DNA from: Eledone cirrhosa
Taxonomy: Eukaryota
NCBI GenBank assembly: GCA_964016885.1
Contig: OZ024742.1
Location: 303,056,001 to 303,120,000 of the forward strand
Reading direction: 5' to 3'
Length of the DNA stretch: 64,000 nt
Position 1 is the stretch's first letter. Every line of letters begins with the position of its first letter. The notes beneath the pieces are model-generated. The model was not told the DNA's origin, did not search any database, and saw only the letters and a program-made list of their open reading frames with translations. The position numbers and the translations under genes are program-made. Positions 54,986 through 64,000 of this stretch are shown here, piece by piece.

Positions 54986-56394
54986 ACGCTTACGTGGACC
55001 TCTCAAAATTCGTTGGATTTTCTGATTGGACTTTCATCTCGAAACTGGATACCAACCCGGAATACACCTGGACTTCCACCAGGAAATCTTTCGTATCTTT
55101 GAAATTTTCTTTGCTTCTTATATATATATATATGTGTGTGTGTGTTTACTGGACACGGCCTAAATGCCCCAATCATCTTTCTTTAGCCTGCGCTTTCGTA
55201 TCAATCACACCTGCTCCACTTTCACACTAACACATGTGCCCAACCACTTCACAAACACGACCATACATGCACATTTAATTTTACTAACACAACTAATTAA
55301 CTAACTAGTCATATTAACACGACCAACTATACTACATGCCCAACTTAAATATTAACACTTTAGTACTTTAGTATCAGTACATATCCACACTCACACACTA
55401 CCACCACCACCACCACCACCACCACCACCACCCCCATTACCACAAATATGTAAAATAGTTCGCCCTCGGAGTGACTTTGTAACTACCCTACTTCCTCATT
55501 TTGCGACACCACATTCTATACCACTTTCGTTTTTAGTGGGGCACTACACACAAACATTTCCCCCACCCACCTCTGGCCAATTACTGAAATAGCCCAGCTT
55601 TGAACGTTACATTCTATTCTTTCCTGCATACTTCAATTCCAGTCCCGGACTATACCATACACAGATAAAGACAGTCATACAAGCTTATGCCTAAATACAT
55701 TCACACACACAGGCTAACAACTTCATAAACTCACAAAAACACACAAACGTGTACACAAAGGCACACACAATATCCGTAAAAAATTTACTGACACACTTTT
55801 ATATAAACACACATATACTCATACATAAACATATTCACACATACGAACGAGCACACACACACGTGTATCCACACAGACACACAAACTACATAAAAGACTC
55901 ACAGACACAATATACACAATTACACAGATATAGTGTGCACGCACTTAACAGCATTGGTGACACACTTGGCCCCCACCGCCACATTCCGGACTACTGGCTT
56001 TTGCTTCTCAGCCATCTTAAATGTTTTTCCAACTTTCTAGCCTCCGTTGTTCCAAACTTCGCTCTACGAACTTTGGCATTGCCTGAAGAAGGACGTATGT
56101 CTGATACTTTGAAACTCATTTACGTGTTTACCAAGTGTGATCCTAATAAGAGTTTGAGATATTCCATCTCTGCGTTTGTCTTGGTTATTCTCGAACTATA
56201 TGCATGAATGGTTCCGTAACTCCCAAATGAATCGTAGGGGATCGTATTGACATAAAGCGTTTCTAGGGCATATTTTTAAAACCTGGCGAATCCCTTCTTT
56301 TCTTCAGGTCTGACTACAGGAGTGTTCTTCCAGAAAAGGATAGAAAGAATTAGAAAATGGAAACGAGAAAGAGATATAAAAGGAGAATCAACCC

Positions 56395-56550
56395 GAGTAA
56401 TAGACTTGTACTTTTTTAATCACACCTCCAATGGATAAAAAATAAAAGAGCAAAGTGGACCTCGGCGGAATGTGATCTCAGAGACCTGAGAGCCGGAACT
56501 AATACAACAAAGCACTCCATCCGAGGTTCTAACGATTCTAACAATTCGCT
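56395..56550 (-). mobile_element. Degenerate copy of the same SINE family as 15794-16880
   Basis: gtacttttttaatc...gcaaagtggacctcggcggaatgtgatctc is the reverse complement of the SINE head/body. Confidence 0.6.
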
Positions 56551-56584
56551 TCTGTCTCCCTCTCCCTATACCTCTCTCTTTCTC

Positions 56585-56605
56585 CCTCACTCTATTTATT
56601 TCTAG

Positions 56606-56695
<90 letters not shown>

Positions 56696-56720
56696 ATAGT
56701 TATGTATATATATAGTTATG

Positions 56721-56760
<40 letters not shown>

Positions 56761-57107
56761 TATAGAATGAGTAACTAATACGGAAGCAGATTTTAATAAT
56801 ATTCTTATTATGACTAAGTGATGAGACTTGTTACGCTAGAGTTTCACGTTTGTACAAACAGGATCCCCAGACATGACTATCTGATGTTCCTATGAGTACA
56901 CAATTTAAAGTCTACAGTAACTTGACTCATTACTTAGCCATCACAAATGATATATATACATATATATATATGAATATATATATATATATATATTCATATA
57001 TATATATATTAATATATACATATATATATATATATATATGAATATATATATATATATATATTCATATATATATATATTAATATATACATATATATATATA
57101 TATACAC

Positions 57108-57205
<98 letters not shown>

Positions 57206-57233
57206 GTATATATATATGTATATATTAATATAT

Positions 57234-57309
<76 letters not shown>

Positions 57310-57310
57310 C

Positions 57311-57341
<31 letters not shown>

Positions 57342-57400
57342 TGACACACACATATATATATATACAGAAACACACACTCATATATATATATATTTATACA
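56585..57400. repeat. Long (TA)n-rich microsatellite region
   Basis: Two extended, interrupted (TA)n tracts (~56607-56763 and ~56950-57397). Confidence 0.9.
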
Positions 57401-58574
57401 CCGTCTCCTAAAAAAATGTGTTTTTAATATGTCACTATGTGAAAGTTTTATTAATTTTCTATTTTCTTTCTTCTCACCATATAGTTGTCTGTCGGAACCA
57501 TCGTTTGCCTTTTCTCACTTAATATATTGTATATTTACCGAAATATTATTAGTAGCCATGTTTTTGTTTAGTTCTCTTTTCTTTGATTTTTGTTTGTTTT
57601 CTTTTTATGTAGTTATGTTTGAGTTATTTTTGCTTGATTTATACTGTCCTACTATATGGATGATGCTAATGCCTATTTTGTATTACCATCTTTGTTTTTT
57701 TTTTTTACTTTTTATTCCATTCTTATTTGTTATTACAATTTTGGTAGGAATCGTTCACGTAGGATTTTTTCTCATTGTATTTATTGTTGTTGGTGTGTTT
57801 CTCCTCGCCCATATATACACGTTTTTTGTTGTTGTTGCTGTTTGCAATTATGTTATTGTACTTAGTCCTGTATGTTTTATCGTCATTCTTTATATAGTAT
57901 GTGTTTTTGTTGTAGTTTGCAGCTTTTGTTCACGCCTTTTTTCTACATTATTTAATATTGCTATTGCTTTTTATGTCCTTCTATTTGGTTACTCTTCCGG
58001 TGCTCTTGCTAGAATGTTCTATTGTTTTTTTTACCTATTAACGCTGTTGTTGGTTTTACCCTTGTTCTTTTTTATATTCGCATTCTGTTTATTAATTTAC
58101 TCTAAAGTAATATTTCAATAAGTGTTATTAGTGTATGATAGAATGTTGATGGTCCACATGTTACGGTACAGAGCAATCAGCGACTATATCAGTGGTTCTC
58201 ATTCGGATACTGGTGTTGTGGTATACACTTTGTTAAGAAACTCTGTTGTCGCTGATTAAGCACAGCGGGCAGTAAATAAGTTTTACACTGTAATATAATT
58301 CTTTAGTTTATCGTTCAGTTCCTCTCATGAAAAGCGTTTCACACGTTTTTGCCTCCCATTTGCTTAACAGAATGTAAAACGGAGATAAAAACCATTTCAA
58401 GAGAGCAGAATATTCATATTATAGTAGCTGATTCAAAATTGGTGTCCAAAGGACGTTTCCTGATCTGCAGGAACTAGTAAAACAATCTACTTAACGTCTC
58501 AATTTACCAGATTATCGACAGGGATAGTCGGCTAATTAATAACAAAAACATAGAGATCACAGCTCCCATTATAC

Positions 58575-58830
58575 AGGCATGTGGTTAGAATATCTCAGGA
58601 TAGAATCGCTGGACGGATCTTGCGGGCAAAACCGACATGCGAGTAACCCAGGGGTAGATCCCGGGTGGGATGGTTGGTTGTCATCCATGAGCTTGGTCAC
58701 GCTTGGGGTCCAGCTGGATCAATTGGAGATGATTGCTTCTGGCAGGACCCGCAGGAAGGAGCGTTTGAGGACTCTGCGCCCACGACCCTCTCAGGAATAA
58801 GTGAGCGAAGAAGAAAAAGAAGAGAAGATA
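58575..58830 (+). mobile_element. Probable 3' end of an RTE-like LINE
   Basis: GC-rich island resembling LINE C-termini (PRGR...W...LGV...EMIASGR...LRPRP), ending in a (GAA)-like tail. Motif match is weak. Confidence 0.4.
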
Positions 58831-59603
58831 TTCTGAAGGGAAGTAATAATATATTATTAATTTTAAAACAACAATAGACATTTGAAGAGTCCTGGCCAAT
58901 CGGTTGTAGATAAAGTATAAGTATAAGAAACAGAAAAATATGAACTCAGGAAATGTCAAAAGGAAACGAAATAATTAATGAAATATCTTTTAAACTTTAA
59001 TGAGAAAAATCGCAATAAATATTTGAATAATATTGAAATAGTTAATAACTCTTAAACATTCATGAGCTAAATCGAAAGTTATGTGAAATGAACTTGATTT
59101 CATCTTCTTTGCATGAATAATATTGCCTTCATTAATTTATGATTATAATTACTATAATAATACAGTTATGCAAACGAATATATTCGTATGTTAGACTGGT
59201 GGGCAAAAAGGACAAAAAACAAAAAACAAAAAAAACTACTAAAAAAAAGATAAACTGAAAGTATGTTTAAAGATAAAAATATGAAAAAAGTCAGGGTGAT
59301 TATAGGCAGAGATTGATAGTGGTACAGATGGGGTATGAAGTTCGAGCATAATATATAAAAAATACAACACTGCGACAACTTACAATTTTACTACCATATT
59401 AGATTGTTCCAAAATGTTATTCAATATATTCATTAAATACACTTAGCTCACAATGATACTATATAAAGATATATTTAGAGAATCTATTTTTACCACCTTT
59501 GCTGGTTGGATTCAGCTGTTAGATTCAACTTCCTTTCAAAGTATTTTCCCATTATCTACCCTTTTGACAATGGGATTGACGAGTTAATATCTGTATACAA
59601 CAA

Positions 59604-61155
59604 CTACAACGGTACGCGATGGGGCCCACCCACAGCCCCGGCGGACAGAATGGAGAAGGCGTTTCCCCGGAGGACGGCAAGGGAGACGCGCTGGAAAAGC
59701 CACTCCAACTCGCGGGGCTCACACCTGCGGCTGGCCAGCTTAGCGCCTATGGTGGTGAGTAAGGAGGTAGTGCTGGAGCCGAGGACACCAGAAGTCTCCA
59801 CTGCTAGGGGTACGACCGCAAACCTGTCGGAGAGCGACCGGTATTTGAGGAGTTTGGCCCCCTCAGCCCGACGTGCAACAGAACCTGGGTCAGTCGCAGA
59901 CTGCACCAGGTTCCGGCTACAGAAAGTGTCGGTGCAAGTGGCATCCCAGACGAGGGGTTTGCCACCGCGGAACAGGAAGATGGTCATGCCATCTGGCCTT
60001 TTGCCGTCCCCTCGATCCAGCCCCGCCCGCTCGAGCTGGGAAGGGAAGCCTGCGGCGTCCAAGCCATGCTTAATGACCTCGTTGAGGGCAGCATGGCGTG
60101 GAATGTGGCCGGCACTGTGGCGACAGGAAAGCGGGTGGAGGCCGAAAGAGTCCACGGTGGAACCGCAGCGACATTGGTGTGGTTGGCAGATCCGGAGGCC
60201 GAGCCTCAGAAAACGCCGATTCGCATGCTATGGTTGTCTAGCTGCGTGCCAGTGGAGAAGGAGGGCAGGGCATGGAGCCAGGCACCATTGTGGGCTTTGG
60301 AGGCCGCACGAAAACAAGCAAGGTGGTGCTGGTCGAGGTGGCGCGTCAGCTTGTCTGAGGCCAGGCTGCACTGGATGGCATCCCAAGTGCGTTGGGGGGG
60401 GGGACCAGACGTCAACAGGGGGAGAAGGAGGAGGGACGTCTACTGAGCTAAGTCCCAGCCGGTCCCACGTCTCACAGGCGGCCTCACGTTCTGAACAGAG
60501 GGTTCTGTTGTTTTTTGAAGAACCCTGCTGACGAGGACGCGGCACGAGGTTACCGACGAAAGATACGCCGGCAAAGCTAGTGAGATCGGCGACCGTAGGC
60601 CAAGGCCGCCATACCTGACAGGTAAAGTGGGCTGTTGCCACCCTATGTCGTCAAACTTGAGATTGCATATCCCCTCGGCTGCTGCTCGGATACAAGTATC
60701 GAGGTCAGCGAGGAGAGATGTCTGGGTGTAGCACGGAGCGCTGATGGTGGAGCGGATGGCCGGCGGGTGGATCGGTGACCCGAGGATAAGGACATCCTCT
60801 TTGGGGGTCACCTGAACCTGGCGGAGAATGGACCGCACGTCCAAGAGGGAGGCTGCAAAGCTCGCAGCATCGAGGCTGACATTCACCACCTCCGACATGG
60901 CCGAGTTTTGGTCGATTCCCACCAGAGTAGGAACCACCGATTGAAGGTCAATGCAGACCGTCCGTACGGGCCCGCCCTACGTAGCATCATCCAGATACCA
61001 AACGTTGAGAGGGGCCGTGATACTCCGAGCCATGTGGTCAATACCAAGGGCGAACAGGAGGGATCCCAAGGGGTCACCCTGTTGGACCCCAGTAGCCGAG
61101 GATATGACCGTATCAGCAGCAAGGAGCATGCTCGGGGCTCCATATGACAGGTAGA
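59604..61155 (-). mobile_element. 5'-truncated CRE-like non-LTR retrotransposon (RT, CCHC and restriction-like endonuclease), frameshifted
   Basis: RT motifs GVQQGDPLGSLLF and WYLDD; LPVRYGGLGLRS; GAWLHALP; C.C...DSFGLHPLSC; RLE motifs RH...RPDG...WDAT and VPLAVETSG; FQRVSLAVLRGNA. Much more GC-rich than the flanks. Confidence 0.85.
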
Positions 61156-61294
61156 TTATCATGGTGAAAAAAGGAAGCGATTATAATATAGAGACGTTCT
61201 CGTAATGAAGGAAAGGTTTGCTTCTGTTTTACTGATTTACACATATGGAGGATAGTGTGAAAGCAGCGATTCTTTGCTTAATCTGTACTAATAA

Positions 61295-64000
61295 TCTATA
61301 TATATAAAACTGTGGTTGTCTGTCTGTCTATCGATTTTTGGCACACATCTCCTCTTAGAATCTCTCACGGAATTGCACCGAAATTGCTATACTTGTACAT
61401 TGAGACCTAGCGAAGACATCGGAAAAAAATATTTCAAATTGACCCACCCTATGTGACGAAATCGAATATAATGTATCGATTTTTGAGCGTAAGTTATCAG
61501 TTATTTCCCTTTGTTCTGTTTACATTGAGTGTCTTACGTAAAAAATTACGCTGGCTTTCTCAGCGTTTAAAATGACATTAACACAATACACGAACAGTTG
61601 TCGAACCAGCAAAATATTGACCTGCAAAATTCATCAGTTCGAACACTAAGCTTCCGTTTTGCTTCATTTCCATTTAAAAGCATTTTAAAACAATATTTTT
61701 ACTTGAAAACAAGTCTATTTAAAGACTACGTAAAACAAGCAAATATTTCGTCGTTAGGCGTGCAGACAGACAGTCGTGCAGAGAGGTGATATACGCGTGC
61801 AGACAGATAGTCGTGCAGAGAGGTGATATAGGCGTGCAGACAGACAGTCGTGCAGAGAGGTGATATAGGCGTGCAGACAGACAGTCGTGCAGAGAGGTGA
61901 TATAGGCGTGCAGACAGACAGTCGTGCAGAGAGGTGATATAGGCGTGCAGACAGACATAACTGATAATTTGGTTACGCTAATGTTTTTCTCTGCGTTGCA
62001 GTGTTTACATTTTCGATCTTTGTTAATAAATAACCAGTGCAGTTTCTATCCCCAGCATCCTCTTTTGTTATAACATTCGGGTTATCGTTATGTTTTCTTA
62101 ACTTCATAAGGCATATTGTTGGTTGAGGGAATATTAATCAAAAACACCACATGCAAGTCTGCACAGTAGACACTACAGTTTTTAAGCCAAGAAAGAAACT
62201 TAACATTGTAACTTTAACACAGCTACTGAGCGACCCCGAGCAACGCCGGGCTTTACTGCTAGTATATATATAAAACTGTGGTTGTCTGTCTGTCTATCGA
62301 TTTTTGGCACACATCTCTTCTTAGAATCTCTCACGGAATTGCACCGAAATTGCTATACTTGTACATTGAGACCTAGCGAAGACATCGGAAAAAAAATATT
62401 TCAAATTGACCCACCCTATGTGACGAAATCGAATATAATGTATCGATTTTTGAGCGTAAGTTATCAGTTATTTCCCTTTGTTCTGTTTACATTGAGTGTC
62501 TTACGTAAAAAATTACGCTGGCTTTCTCAGCGTTTAAAATGACATTAACACAATACACGAACAGTTGTCGAACCAGCAAAATATTGACCTGCAAAATTCA
62601 TCAGTTCGAACACTAAGCTTCCGTTTTGCTTCATTTCCATTTAAAAGCATTTTAAAACAATATTTTTACTTGAAAACAAGTCTATTTAAAGACTACGTAA
62701 AACAAGCAAATATTTCGTCGTTAGGCGTGCAGACAGACAGTCGTGCAGAGAGGTGATATACGCGTGCAGACAGATAGTCGTGCAGAGAGGTGATATAGGC
62801 GTGCAGACAGACAGTCGTGCAGAGAGGTGATATAGGCGTGCAGACAGACAGTCGTGCAGAGAGGTGATATAGGCGTGCAGACAGACAGTCGTGCAGAGAG
62901 GTGATATAGGCGTGCAGACAGACATAACTGATAATTTGGTTACGCTAATGTTTTTCTCTGCGTTGCAGTGTTTACATTTTCGATCTTTGTTAATAAATAA
63001 CCAGTGCAGTTTCTATCCCCAGCATCCTCTTTTGTTATAACATTCGGGTTATCGTTATGTTTTCTTAACTTCATAAGGCATATTGTTGGTTGAGGGAATA
63101 TTAATCAAAAACACCACATGCAAGTCTGCACAGTAGACACTACAGTTTTTAAGCCAAGAAAGAAACTTAACATTGTAACTTTAACACAGCTACTGAGCGA
63201 CCCCGAGCAACGCCGGGCTTTACTGCTAGTATATATATAAAACTGTGGTTGTCTGTCTGTCTATCGATTTTTGGCACACATCTCTTCTTAGAATCTCTCA
63301 CGGAATTGCACCGAAATTGCTATACTTGTACATTGAGACCTAGCGAAGACATCGGAAAAAAAATATTTCAAATTGACCCACCCTATGTGACGAAATCGAA
63401 TATAATGTATCGATTTTTGAGCGTAAGTTATCAGTTATTTCCCTTTGTTCTGTTTACATTGAGTGTCTTACGTAAAAAATTACGCTGGCTTTCTCAGCGT
63501 TTAAAATGACATTAACACAATACACGAACAGTTGTCGAACCAGCAAAATATTGACCTGCAAAATTCATCAGTTCGAACACTAAGCTTCCGTTTTGCTTCA
63601 TTTCCATTTAAAAGCATTTTAAAACAATATTTTTACTTGAAAACAAGTCTATTTAAAGACTACGTAAAACAAGCAAATATTTCGTAAAAAAAAGCAAAAA
63701 TTATATAAGTTTATTTAAAATATATGTATCTGTAAATTTCGTTAGGCGTGCAGACAGACAGTCGTGCAGAGAGGTGATATAGGCGTGCAGACAGACAGTC
63801 GTGCAGAGAGGTGATATAGGCGTGCAGACAGACATAACTGATAATTTGGTTACGCTAATGTTTTTCTCTGCGTTGCAGTGTTTACATTTTCGATCTTTGT
63901 TAATAAATAACCAGTGCAGTTTTTATCCCCAGCAACCTCTTTTGTTATAACATTCGGGTTATCGTTATGTTTTCTTAACTTCATAAGGCATATTGTTGGT
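61295..64000 (+). mobile_element. Tandem array of a non-autonomous Helitron (967-bp period, about 2.8 units visible)
   Basis: 5' a|TCtatatatataaaac at 61295. Each unit ends with hairpin cccg-agcaacgc-cggg, then ctttactgCTAG (ends at 62262 and 63229). Units are near-identical and the third runs off the window. Confidence 0.88.
61755..61957 (+). repeat. 37-bp minisatellite inside the Helitron unit (~5.5 copies; also 62722-62924 and ~2.5 copies at 63743-63834)
   Basis: Unit taggcgtgcagacagacagtcgtgcagagaggtgata starts at 61755, 61792, 61829, 61866, 61903 and 61940. Confidence 0.9.

Noticed and set aside
57429-58121. 230-aa hydrophobic ORF resembling a membrane protein
   Set aside because: T-rich low-complexity sequence with no recognisable motif; more likely the antisense of an N/K-rich decayed repeat.
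59506-60531. 341-aa plus-strand ORF
   Set aside because: Antisense shadow of the GC-rich CRE-like coding region.
61755-61957. 37-bp repeats as a possible CRISPR array
   Set aside because: The units are contiguous with no unique spacers, there are no cas genes, and the context is a eukaryotic Helitron.

Overview
AT-rich, microsatellite-dense animal DNA. The SINE and repeat style suggests an octopus-like cephalopod, which is an inference. No host protein-coding gene is recognisable and there is a 200-nt assembly gap at 8617-8816. The dominant structure is a ~30 kb head-to-tail array (17095-46952) of six L1/Tx1-like non-LTR retrotransposons from about four diverged subfamilies. All six lie on the + strand, and every junction and both ends of the array are (TATC)n/(GATA)n microsatellite. 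This points to a GATA-repeat-specific retrotransposon family that keeps inserting into the repeat tracts at its own ends. Copy 5 has an intact 1145-aa APE-RT-zinc-finger ORF2. Across subfamilies the elements conserve covarying 5'- and 3'-UTR hairpins, a C-terminal ORF1 domain and a 5' splice-site consensus on the ORF1 stop. The flanks hold Helitron Rep/helicase remnants, a tandem array of non-autonomous Helitrons, two CRE-like RLE retrotransposon fragments, Penelope-like elements with hammerhead ribozyme motifs and inverted ends, foldback elements in (TA)n, a tandem SINE cluster and a hAT MITE.
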